The notes under the pieces: generated by a model | The model's input: only the letters and a program-made list of their open reading frames with translations | What the model was told of the DNA's origin: nothing | Databases searched by the model: none | Shown: one piece after another, positions 52,000-64,000 of the stretch | Numbering within the stretch: position 1 is the stretch's first letter | Layout of the letters: each line of letters begins with the position of its first letter | Made by a program: the position numbers and the translations under genes | Origin: Octopus sinensis | Taxonomy: Eukaryota | Assembly: GCF_006345805.1 (NCBI RefSeq) | Contig: NC_043007.1 | Location: 64,976,001-65,040,000 of the forward strand | Direction of reading: 5' to 3' | DNA length: 64,000 nt

Positions 52000-52665
52000 C
52001 TTTAATAGGATCGCCCCCACCCACTACAACGATGCTTTGGCTAGGAGCGGATTTTCTGAGAAACTTACGTAAGTGAACGAACCCCAAACCCTCTCTCCTC
52101 ACCCCAAGAGAATCAGGAAAAGGAAAATAATCTGGTATAACCCCCATTTAACCTGGAAGTTTCTATTAACGTAGCCGGGGGTTAATCCTGCTTAGACAAC
52201 ATCGCATTCAACATTGCACGCACGAACAAACGTAAAAACGCACCCACACAAGCTCCAACTCCAGCCTGCAACTGCATCTCAAGGACTGTTGTTTACAGAG
52301 TTCCCCTTACACCACCCGATAGCATTACTAGGCACTGCACAGGCATGGCAGCCAATGACTTCAAGGGAAGATATTCTTAGGACTTACATTCATTTAGATC
52401 CAGGGACAGAGAGAAATCCACTTCGCTATCACGCTTTCTCTGGAGACTTCGTGAGCTCCAAGATGAAACGCCCAGCATCAAGTGGACTATTATCGACAGA
52501 GCGCCACTATGTTCGCCCGGTATCCCTAATTGCCAGCTGTGCCTCTGCGAAAAACTGCATATCATCTGCCAACTTGCAGCATCATCAACAAGAAATATAT
52601 GGTATCGTATTGCTGTTACCAGAGGTACACCCTTCTGGTAAATTTCAAGCCACTGGCTACTGACA
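52000..52665 (+). mobile_element. Penelope-like element relic (post-RT linker plus GIY-YIG)
   Basis: RIRKRKIIWYNP (cf. RKRNIIWFNPP), PACNC, TVVYR, TGMAANDFKGRY...HSFR, KWTIIDRA, CQLCLCEKLHII. Confidence 0.85.
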
Positions 52666-53024
52666 ACCCGGATATACCTCCTTAGTAACAACCACCCTTA
52701 GCACCGCCTGCACCAAAATCATAGTTACAAATTAACTCCCATGAACAACACCGCAAATCACCAATCCCCAACATTTTTCCATGCTCGTCTACCCGCATAA
52801 CCTCACTCCTTGTACATCACCTCTTGTGATTACATGTGTATGTGTGCGCGCGCACGCATGTGAGTGCGCATATGCATCCGCTTACCGTATACATAGGTAC
52901 GGATGTGTGTGCGCGTCTGCGCACCCATAAACATGTACACATGCACAGTCGTGTGTGCTTGTGTGTGTGTATATGTGTGCGTGCGTGTGAGTATATGTGT
53001 GCGCGCGCGTGTCTGTCTGTCTGA

Positions 53025-53139
<115 letters not shown>

Positions 53140-53559
53140 GAACGCTGCTTATTAATTAGGTATGTAAATGTTACTAAAAGAAAGTAATTATTAAAAGCTT
53201 GACTGTCTGGAAATTTTTTGATAAATTCATGTTCCAAGAAATTTCCTATAATATCGATTTCTAAAGTTTATTGAATTTTTGGACTTAAAATTTTTCACAA
53301 ATTTAAATATTTCTTACATTCACTGCGGAGTAGATTTTTAGTGTTTAATAAAAATATTAATTTGTTGTAGGCAAGACGTAGTTGTTGGGTTATCTTGAAG
53401 TTTGTTTAAATACAGATATATTACAACTACGATAAACTACTGAAAGAAATATCTACTACGCAAGTGAAATATTTTATAAATTGAAGTCCTCAGGAACATT
53501 GACTTTCTGAACTTCCTTTTATTATTGCATGTTTCAGGTACATGATAGTTTTTAACGAG

Positions 53560-54500
53560 CTTCTATTGGCATAAATACAAATATATACCCCACCGAATTT
53601 GTTGCCTCATAATTTCCAGAAATATGGATAATTTTTAACGAAATTTTCTTCAAATACTATTAGATGCTGTGGATGCAGTGTATACAGATATTTTTGGAAA
53701 ATAATTTTCCGAGGGGTGGGGAGAGGAGTTTCGGAAAATTCACACGACCCCTTTTCTCTCCTCATAACTTTCAGGAAAATGAGTATCTTTTAATGAAATT
53801 TTATACAAATACTTTTCAAACGGCATAGAGTACGATTATAAAGAAATGATTGGGGAAAATCTTTCCGAGGGTGTGGGGAGTTTCTGTAAAACGGAGTTTC
53901 GGATTAAGAAGACCAAATAAGTTGAAACTACCCTGTTGAAACAGCCTTCGAAATGAAGGCATCTTTTTATGAAAAAAATGTTTAAAAAATTTTTTCACCC
54001 CCTCCCCACCACTCTGGAGCAATTTTGGCCAATTGTGTTTTTTTTAGCTTAAAAACATGGGTAGAGCCATTTCGGTAAAACAAATTGTAAATTTTTTCGG
54101 CGGAAAAGGTGAACAATTCACTGGAGGTTTGGCTGTTGTTTCTAGCACAACTCAAACCACCCTCCGTTTTCACTCTCACTTGTATTTATGTTTTTTCAAT
54201 ATTTTACTCCCACTAAACACGTTTTGGGGAATGTTGATACCGAAGTAACATACGCGTGGTCTATTTGTGGAATATAAGCAACAACAACAAAAATTGTAAT
54301 CCTAAGTTTTACTCCCATCTTCGAAGTGCAAACAATTGGTCAAAATAGGTCCGGAGTGGGATGAGGGAGGTGGGTGGGGGTGTAAAATTTTTTAAAGCCT
54401 TTTTCTGCAACACCTATAGAAGAAATGTCTGTATCACAAGGGGGGACTAGGTTGACAAATAAATCTCATTTGGTCACATTTGATAGGTCAGCTACTGAAC
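53560..54500. repeat. unclassified interspersed repeat with an internal ~150 bp duplication
   Basis: ctcataa(t/c)tt.cag..aa...tttaa.gaaatttt...aaatact...ttttccgaggg occurs twice (~53607-53720 and ~53761-53880). Confidence 0.45.
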
Positions 54501-54729
54501 TTTTCAGTCGACTCTTATACCATGGTTAATAAAATGTTAAAGTTGTCCAACACCAGAGCAAAGAAGATTTATATGGATGCAAACTCTATGTTGTATTTCG
54601 ATTAATAAGGAAGACGAGGAATGAGTAAAAGATTTTCGCTAACGTGTCTGACATTTACCAGTATGGGAACCCCTTCAAACTCAACTATCAAAGGGAATCT
54701 AAATCGATAAACTATAATGACTTCTGATC

Positions 54730-54902
54730 TTGGGACAAGGTCAGCAATTTTGAGTGCTAGACTCGTACTTATTTTGTCGGACCCGGAGGTATAAAAGGCG
54801 AAGTTGATTGCCGCAGGATTTGAATTTAGGCTGTAAGAAGCTAGAATGAATAATGGAGCGCATGTTTGCCGACGCTTTAACTATTCGGCCAGTCCGTTGC
54901 CA
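54730..54902 (-). mobile_element. SINE family A (old), decayed
   Basis: gtacttattttgtcggacccggaggtataaaaggcgaagttg...gatttgaa. Confidence 0.65.
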
Positions 54903-55123
54903 ATTTATTAAACCATATTATGAAAAATATATAAACTTATGCATCAAAATAGAAATTAGAGCATTTATAAACATGGAAATTGGAATTCCCCTACTAAATT
55001 TCCATTATCAAGCGTGGTGATTGGCTGAAATATTAGAGCGTTGTTGGTTCTTATTAATTCCGTCCGTTTGCGTCTTGAGTACAAATCACGCCGAAGTAGG
55101 AAATGAATATTTTGTTACATGAA

Positions 55124-55334
55124 GGTAGCGAGCGGGCAGAACCATTAGCATGCCGAGCAAAATCCTAAGCAGTATTTTGTCCGCATTTACGTTCTGAGTT
55201 CAAAATACGCCGAGGCTAACTTTGATTTTCATCTTTTTGGGGTCGATAAAATATGTCCCAGTTGAACTCTAGGATCACTGTAATCGACTTACCCCTCCCT
55301 CGAAATTGCTGGCCTTCTGCCAAAATTTGAAATC
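55124..55334 (+). mobile_element. SINE family A (old subfamily), full length with 18-bp TSD
   Basis: Direct repeat aatattttgttacatgaa at 55106-55123 and 55335-55352; head ggtagcgagcgggcagaa; tail ctggccttctgccaaaatttgaaatc. Confidence 0.9.
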
Positions 55335-56946
55335 AATATTTTGTTACATGAAAGACAAACTGACTTTAGCATGATTTAAGTACAAAAGAAGGAACTTTGT
55401 TTTAATTGAATTTCTAGTTCGATGCTCTACTCATGTATAAATAAGAACACTTACAGGTAGAAATGGTAGAGGGCCAGATTAAATAAGGCATTGCTATATT
55501 GTGCCTTGATTTTCCAGATTTTTAATTTCATTACATTAGGGTGAGCGGCACACCACTTTGCCTTTCCCTTATTTTAAAAAAAATACTTTATTAAAAAAAA
55601 TGGCAATTATATCATTTAGCAAACCTTTCTTAAGATTTTATACTAATTCTCAGTTTGTACAATATTAATCAATCACTCGAAAAGAAATGTTCGATTGAAG
55701 GTAATGAGTTCAAAACCGTAATCGATTTTCTACGTGTTGTACAAACGCTTCATCCATGACAGACCGAATAAAGAGCAGTAGCAACAGCAACAGCAATAGT
55801 TGTTTTTTAACATCAGGTCATCTTTGATCGAACACACATATGAATCATACGTCTGTTTCCTCTAAATTCTAACTTCAGCTGTCAGACGTGTGTAAAAATC
55901 TTACGTCGAGCATTTTTTTTCTATGATGATTTTTCTTCATTGAGAGCTTATTCAAATATAACTCGAAAATTCATAATTACCAATTACTACATCGTTTTAG
56001 GAAACTAACCATTTTTTTCTTATAAAAATACACCTCAGCTAATGTGTCTCTCGATACATTTAATCTGAAAAGAAAAGAAAAAAAGACGGAATAGTCACAA
56101 GAATAGTCACAACTTTGATCATTCGTCAGAATTTACCTGGCTTATACAGCAATACTAACTATAAATACAGTGAGTCATCGAGATGATTGGATGCGGTTAG
56201 TTGATATTCTAGAAATAGCAGTAAAATCTATCTCAAATCACACTCTACATTAAAAGAAAAAGCAAAAGGCGCACTGGATAATGAAGACATATGCATTAGA
56301 AAGACAGGAAGGTCAAAAGTAAAATGTTTTTGCTCATATGTCTGCTCTGTCAGTAATAAATCTCATTTCTTACAAAAGTTCATATATCGATCAGGTTTAC
56401 TGAAAAACTGACTGGTTTTTCTTATGTGTGATAAATTCGGTCAGAATTTTTTCCGTTGATGGGTCCTTAAAATCAAAAGATAAAATTCGAAATATTCTGG
56501 AAATAATACAGAATACTGTTAACTAATAATTCTTGTTCTCATGTAATTATTCTTCCTCTGTCAGTTTGACTGATTGAGTCTTGTTTACGATATGCTACTT
56601 TCACCGTCATTACTATCACTGCCAAATGAGATTTATGGCGGAATCATAAACCAAACAAATCGAGGTTTACTACAGCAAAATCACGCCGTCGATTAAAAAA
56701 AATATATATTACTCAACTCCAAAAATAAATATTCTAAAACTAATACTTTATATTAACCTCAAAAGTTTTCTGTTTTTCTATTTTTTAAATATATTTAAAC
56801 GAAATTTAATCAACATATTTTGTAATTTTTGAAATGGAGCAAGTATCATTAGTTTCATACTCAATGCTTTCAAGAAGAATTATGACTGCCATTCACAGAA
56901 ACACGAGACCAATCGCATTTTCAAAAGAGCCTTAGACAATTTGAGT

Positions 56947-57000
<54 letters not shown>

Positions 57001-57754
57001 TGATTTCAACCTTTTCATATAGCCAACAGCGGGGTTTTGTTTCCCTCTTCAATAACAGTTAAATAAATCAGTATTGAATTCATAACTCCAAGAAAAATGA
57101 GTGTTGCAGATACGGTTTCTTCCATAACTACAGCTAGAAGAATCTATTTATCTATTGAGCTGTTGTTTTCATTCTTTTCTTCGGTTGTGTTGTTGCTGAT
57201 GTTGTGTCCAGCCATGTTGTTTGTCGTAACAATCAGTTGTGGAAATCAGCTCCAGCTGATGTTAACTTAAAGCTAAAGGTCAGCGAAAAAGAGAATAGAT
57301 ACGCTGAAATATTGAGACATTCGCAGTTACTCTAGATTACAAGTTCAGGTTTATAACCGTAATTATTGGGGCACTGGGATATATAACACACTACCTAAAT
57401 ACCAATCTTGAGAAATTAGGTTTCTCAAAACCAGAAAGGAGAAACTAGAACTCTAAAAATCTGTAAAACTTTCCAGAAGTTATCATTTAAGTATATGTAA
57501 GCATGTCAAGACATGCAACTATGTGCATAAGAATACATACATAAAACAAAACATGCACATCTGCACATATACATACATACATACATACATACATACATAC
57601 ATACATACATACCCCGTTGATGTTGTTAAAATTCCAATGAAGGAGCCTTGAATCTAGGTTAGAAACCGACACTGTCTCTATTAACTAGTAATCTTGAAAT
57701 AAAACTGAACAATGACATACATACATGCCCGCATACATATATAAATTCATATAT

Positions 57755-57960
57755 AGCCCTAAGTAACAACCTGGATAAAGTAGGATTTTCAGAAAAGCAA
57801 CTAACTCGCATATTACAAATACAATCTGTTAGTGGAACAGTAAAAATATGCAAGATATCTTTCATTTTTAAAATGTGACATTGTTTTTTTTTATCTACAT
57901 TCCAGCGATGGCGCTTTGTATCTTTGTTAGAAACTAGCTCCTTCTTCAAAGGAAAAATTT
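57755..57960 (+). mobile_element. short 3' fragment of the RLE LINE family at 22600-23870
   Basis: ctggataaagtaggattttcagaaaag...acagtaaaaatatgcaaga aligns to 23638-23732. Confidence 0.75.
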
Positions 57961-58001
57961 TAATAATTATAACACACTACATATATATATATATATATAT
58001 A

Positions 58002-58368
58002 TCTCTATATAAACGGCAGTTTGTCTGTGCGTTTTCTGTGTGTCTGTTTTCTCGTACCCTCACTCTGACCACGGCTTTCAACCGATTCTGATGAAACTTG
58101 ACACACACATAGCCCAATGTCATAATTCAAAACTAACGCAGCGAAAATTTTGAAAAGTTCCCCCAGTTCTGAAAAAAATCGATAAATTCGACATGGGGTC
58201 GAGAATCAGAAACCCAAACCACAGACGCAACTCCACCTTCTTTAACTCTCAAAAAAAATTTACCATCATTTTTTTCCCATTTTTTTGCTATTTTTTGGCT
58301 ATAACTCTCTAAAAATGCTTTATAGTTATTTCCCTTACAAACCTGAGCAACGCCGGGCGATACTGCTA

Positions 58369-58369
<1 letters not shown>
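58002..58369 (+). mobile_element. non-autonomous Helitron
   Basis: A|TC start, CTAG|T end, subterminal GC hairpin cctgagcaacgccggg; sits in (AT)n with no TSD. Confidence 0.88.
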
Positions 58370-58407
<38 letters not shown>

Positions 58408-58429
58408 TATATGTAAGCATATATATATA

Positions 58430-58652
58430 TTCTTTTATTTGTTTCAAACATTTGGCTGCAGCCATGCTGGAGCACCATCGAACAAATCGACCCCAGAACT
58501 TATTCTTTGTAAGTCTAGTACCTATTCTATCGGACTCTTCTGCCGAACCGCTAGGCTATAGTAGAAGACACTTGGCCAAGGTGCCACGCCGTGGGACTGA
58601 ACCCGGAACCATGTGGTTGGTAAGCAAGCTACTTACCACACAGCCACGCCTG
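58430..58652 (-). mobile_element. SINE family B, internally deleted
   Basis: gccatgctggagcacc...ccgaaccgctag joined to ctatagtagaagacacttggccaaggtgccacgccgtgggactgaacccggaaccatgtgg...cttaccacacagccacgcc. Confidence 0.85.
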
Positions 58653-59345
58653 CGCGCACACACGCACATCCACACACACACACACACACACACACGCATA
58701 TATATATATATATGTTCGGATTGTCCTTGCACAGGGGCCATCCGGACTCCTGTCTTCGCCGTGAACAGGGATTAATCTTCTCTCTTCGCCCCTTTGCGCT
58801 CATGGGCTCAATTCCCCTCCCTCCTCCTCTCTCCTCTCTTCCTCTCACACCTACTTCCCCTCTTCACTCTTACCCACCTTCTCCTTTCCACCCTCTCCCT
58901 TCATCGTCACCCCTCTCTCGTTACCCCACACCTACACATTCCAACCACACCATCCCTATAAATCGCATCCCATCCAACCCCATCCCTTACACCTCACTCT
59001 TGCTTCCCCCACTCTCACCCCTCTCACACCCCAACACCACCACACTACCACACCACCACACCATACCACATTACACTACCACGCACACACTACCACTGAC
59101 TACTTCCCAACACCCACACCAGCGCACACACTGGCACTGACCATTTTTCATCATCCACACACCTACACATGCACACACACGTCAAGGTTACCAGCCCCTT
59201 CCACACGCACATACACGTTCTCATATACAAACGCACGCGCACCTTCGTTTTGGGACCACCACTACTTTATTATTTCCCGTTCTTCCTAGCTCTCCTGTGT
59301 GACCCCTCTATCCGGCATTCGCCATGATATACAAATATTTGTATA

Positions 59346-59860
59346 TCTATATATATATAAAACTGTAGTTGTGTGAGTGTCAGTCCCCTTCGATTTAGAT
59401 TCCTAACTACTCCCACATTTTGCGGTGCAGTTTAACCGAATTCGGGTATCTTATAGTCGTGATTCATATCGAGCCTGTCTGAGTATTAGCGCGCGTCTAC
59501 GATGAGTCTACGATTTTAAAAATAATTTAACATCATTTTTTATTCCATTTTAATGCATAATTTTTGGTGTGTCGATGGCGGCAGAGTTGGCGTCCATGGT
59601 TACACCTGCACCTGTTTGCTTCTCCCCCTTCTTCCCTCCCTCGTGAAGCTGTGGGGAAGGGAGTGTAAGGAAATCAACGTCGTAAAGCGTTGTCAAGGAG
59701 ACCAGCGTTCTTTTAGAACAACGACTTCATGGCTTGAAGACACCAAAACAGAAATGGCTAAGAAAGCCCGAATTGGCATCTATAAGGGAAGTAACTCTCT
59801 AAAAATGCTTATATAGTTATTTCCCTTACAAACCCGAGCAACGCCGGGCGATACTGCTAG
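59346..59860 (+). mobile_element. non-autonomous Helitron
   Basis: A|TC start, hairpin cccgagcaacgccggg, CTAG|T end; last ~70 bp nearly identical to 58300-58369. Confidence 0.88.
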
Positions 59861-60760
59861 TTACATATACAAATATATAATATGAATGCATACACACATA
59901 CGCACACAAACACACTTCTTTATCTACTTAGTATAAACACACAAAGGACTGAGAATAAAAATATATATGCGTACAATTACTTTTAAAGTTGCTGTACAGA
60001 AGGTGAAGTGCAGTTTCTGCTGGTTTTTGTCTTAGTGAAAAATTCCTCTATAGCCATTGTATATAAAAGCATATCGGACCACGGGATACGCTGTTTCGGC
60101 GTGATTTCACCTTTTTAGTGACAGATGACTCAGTTATTTAGGGTTAGAATGTATGCCTGTTCCTATGCAAAGAGAGCGAACAATACATGTACTCGTGTGT
60201 AATAAAGCTAGCTGAACTGGAAGTAATTTATTATAAGCACACAAAGAAGTGAAGATCGAAATGGAAATATATACATTTATTTTTAATACGTTCTTGTACA
60301 GAAGAACATGAAAGACATTCGCTGCAGGATTTTGTCAAGGAGAAAACGTGTCTCTCTATAAGTGTGGGTAAAAGCATAGTAGACCAAGCTTCAAGTCACA
60401 TCAGTGGAATACGAGATACGGTGTCTCGGCGTGGTTTTCGCATCTTTAGAGGCTGATAATGCATCAGTAATTTGTAACTTGGCGCAATGTATTTTTATAC
60501 ACAATATCTCTAAAGAGAAATTTTACTCTGAGACAAAATCTTGCAGCGAATGGCTTTCACGTTCAGTTGTAGAAATGTATGTTGAAAATTATTGCACACA
60601 CACACACACAGTTACACTCTGAGACTTTATATGTGTATACATGTGTGTTCGTACGTACGTACGTACGTATGTATGTATGTATGTATGTATGTATGTATGT
60701 ATATGTATGACGGGTTATTCATTGACTGAGTTGTGGAATGGTGGTTCGTCTCTAAATTAG

Positions 60761-60808
<48 letters not shown>

Positions 60809-62699
60809 CTGAAAATTCAACAAAAAGTACTCCATCTGGTGAGAGATAAATATTTATTTAAAGGGCGCATACATGTCTTTAAGTCCTATTAATAACTTCA
60901 TTTGTCAAGAAATACTCCAACATATTCTTCGGGCACAAGCTACATATCAAAACGAACTAAGAGAATTGAATAATAGAAGAAACGCGAAAAAAAATACTGA
61001 GAAGACAGCATATAGAAAACGCAGAAAGTAAAAACAAACTGAAAAACGAAAATACAAACACTAAAATGTAAAATCTAAAAAGGCAAAAGCGCTATCCTCC
61101 ATTGACCTTAAATTATAAGGCTGGAAAGATATCAAGATATTCATAAGTATACGTACACATGCACACACACCTATATCAAAATAATTCTCCGTTATGTAGT
61201 AGATAATATTTGTTTCTGAATATTTTCTTCCGACCAACGGCTTTGTTCTTTAGATTATCATCGCAGCTAACAAGACTTGTTTACGAAGGAGACAGTTGGA
61301 TAGAAATATCCGCGTGTATCAAATGTTTGGCTACATGCTCCTGCATATTAAATTAAATCTTTAGCTTGTGATTCATTCTACATTTGGATATGACACCTTA
61401 TTTTTCATGGATTGAAGAATAATTTCTCCTTAATAATTCTGAATAGACGGCAGATGATTTGTGGTTTATATTTGACTCTGGAAAGCTTCACTCCATTAAG
61501 TCTATCTTCTGAATGGTATCAGCACTAGTATTAAGGGACACTTCTATTTTTTATTGATGCTTTAAAGCAAAATTACAAACATGTCCTAGTCTATATAGGG
61601 GGTGTCGATCTTGCACTGGTAAGCGGGGGGGGGGGGCTGACCGTTGGCAGAAAGGAGCGACGAGAACATCCCTTCCAGACGGTCACCTATACCGATCAGC
61701 AATGGGAGCGATTAAATTAACTGTACAACCTTCTCCCTTATTTCGCAGCTTTTAATTCCTATCCTTTTATAAGTTACGGTTTTCAGATTTGTTTCATGTC
61801 TGAAAAATTGTGGAAAGCTTAATTTGAAATCTTGACCAGCCGTAATCGGGAGAATGCTATAAGTTACTTCCTCCTGTCCTACGATGTTTGCAAACCCGAT
61901 AACTTTGAATTTGTCAGGTGTATTGACTTCATCTTTTTCATTTGTGTTGCTGTTAATAGTGGTTGTGGCGGCGTGGATGGAAGTTTTAGTGTGTTGAATC
62001 GACATTTCGTTTTTCTTCTTTCTGTTTTTCATGTTCATTGATGTAGCTGTTGTTTTTTGTTGACGTTGTTTCGGTCTTTTCCATTTGTATTATTTTCGTC
62101 GCTATTGTTGATATTACTGACATTGTTAATGGTGTTCCTACATTCTCTATTAACAGGCTGTAGTCAATATACCTACGTATGAAAATATATATATGGACAT
62201 CAGTCTGACTCATTACTGAAGACGATCGTGCTGTATTTTTTAGGAACTTGTTAACAGAGTTAAGAAATGGCTGTAATGAATAAAAGGTTAAACTGATGTT
62301 ATTTACTTTTGTATTTCTTTTTGTGATGTTACACGCACGCACGCACACATACACGCGCGCGTATGTGTATGTCTTTATAATATGTAGTTTTACAGCTAAT
62401 GTACTAAATATATGTATATATACTGTAATGTAGAGTACGACAATTGTTATTACATTAAACAAGTAATCCTGTACAAAAATCTTAATGTTTACATTCTATA
62501 CAATTATGCGATAAGCACTCCCTGACATCAAAATTTGCTTACAAAAATTTCGCTCCTCACCCACAGTAACAACATTTAAGTTAACGATGTCAAAATCGAG
62601 ATAGACATCGACGTAATTCAAACTCTAGTTGATAAGACGAAGGCTAACGATGCTGAATTTGAAATTGATGTTTGCGCGATTGAGGTTGATTATAGCGAA

Positions 62700-64000
62700 T
62701 CTAAGAAGATATCTTGTATGTTTCATCGCCTTCCATTGCCGGGAAGCATAAACAGCCTTTATCTGTCTGGTGGCTGTAGCGAAAGATGTTGTGGTGGACT
62801 AAACTGGAAGAGGGATTTGGTCTACATATTTGTTTGCTTCTTTTGATATCATTCAAAGTACCCCAATAACAATAGATAACGTTGTTGATTTGAGATACCA
62901 TATTTTTCTGACTTCTATCTGCAGTCCTTTGCTCAATTTCTCAATTTCAGAAATGTGCTTTTATCAGCCGGGGCTGCAACATCCATCAAATGACATGTCT
63001 TTTTAACATGATTTTTCACAATGATGTCTGGACAGTTAGCCTGAATCTGTTGATCAATCTAAATACTGAAATTCCAGTGGATGGTAACTTCATTTTGGAC
63101 AACTTGTGGCTGTTTGAATGGGCATACTGGCTAGTGTATATACTGAACTGTTCTGTCATGTTGCAAAGACACTGTTTATGTCAGTCGGTTGCATTACAAA
63201 ATTATGTAGTCGTTTTCTCTGGATGTTATCTGCATACGGAACACGATGAGCCTCTTTCATATTTCAGTACATTACACTTGCAGGAAGTCACTGTTTGTGA
63301 GCAGCAATAATACACTCCTTAGTCATCCGCTTGAGAGTAATTCATGCCAGCCACTGATGAGTATAGATGCCTATATCAGAATTCAAGGCTCAAATCAGGT
63401 ATTTACCATGCAGTGATTTTTGCTTCAGTTTCTTCCTAGTGTACTGGAGGCTTTTCGATTATATATTTTTTGTTTCTGTTGGTGACGCATTTTCTTCGGG
63501 TACTGGTTCATCTAACCGCATTTAGCCAAGGGTCTATTATTGCATGTTAGTGAGTGTAACCTTTTGGTATCTTCGTGCTTCAGAAATATTTAATATCCAG
63601 TCGTTTATTTGCTTGTTGCAGGCAAACAGAAAGTTCCGTAATTGTAATTTTCAATGAGAGTGGCGATTGAATTAACCCCCAACAGCCTTCTTTTCTCGGA
63701 AGGTGTAATAGATCGAAGTCTGCTTTTGGGTGATGCATTGCCAGTAGCTTTTGGATTTTGACATTAACTTTCTCCATCTCAGTGATGGACCAGTAAATAA
63801 TACTGAATCTGAATGTGATTACAGGCAAGGCTAACTTGTTTATGGCCCTGGTTTTGTTTCTGGCATTCAACTCAATTTATGACTGCGTATGGTTCTAATT
63901 ATTTTGTTCAAGTATCTCTATTGTAGGTGATATTGTATGTATTTCATAATTTTCTCTTCAGAAATGTAGCCTTGACGCATTTGTCAAATCCAAATTCCAT
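62700..64000 (-). mobile_element. Dong/R4-like RLE LINE, 3' portion (runs off the window)
   Basis: Minus strand MEFGFDKC; LNARNKTRAINKLALPVITF...MHHPKADFDLLHLPRKEG.WGL; WNFSI...QANCPDIIVK...LMDVAAPAD. Confidence 0.9.

Noticed and set aside
62098-62163. VAIVDITDIVNGVPTFS as a cadherin-like motif
   Set aside because: Lacks the DxNDN core and is closed by a stop immediately after; likely chance.

Overview
AT-rich, repeat-saturated eukaryotic non-coding DNA, not prokaryotic. The microsatellite load and SINE families look like a cephalopod genome, probably Octopus; this is inferred from recognition, not from a database search. I found no intact host gene, rRNA, true tRNA or CRISPR array, and most ORF-track entries are microsatellite artefacts. 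Supportable content is decayed mobile elements. DNA transposons: two mariner relics, a Tc1/maT-like relic, MITEs and two non-autonomous Helitrons. Retroelements: Dong/R4-like RLE LINEs, Tx1/L1-like LINEs, a CR1-type 3' end, two Penelope GIY-YIG relics and about three tRNA-derived SINE families. The standout structure is a ~3 kb foldback element (8597-11573) with GGTAA...TTACC ends, an 8-bp target duplication, subterminal tandem repeats and a palindrome nested in each arm; it is Merlin-like. Also notable are three hammerhead-ribozyme-like motifs near Penelope-type DNA, a SINE 3' tail matching a Tx1-like LINE 3' end, a 336-bp hairpin and a degenerate 37-bp minisatellite. Boundaries of decayed elements are approximate.
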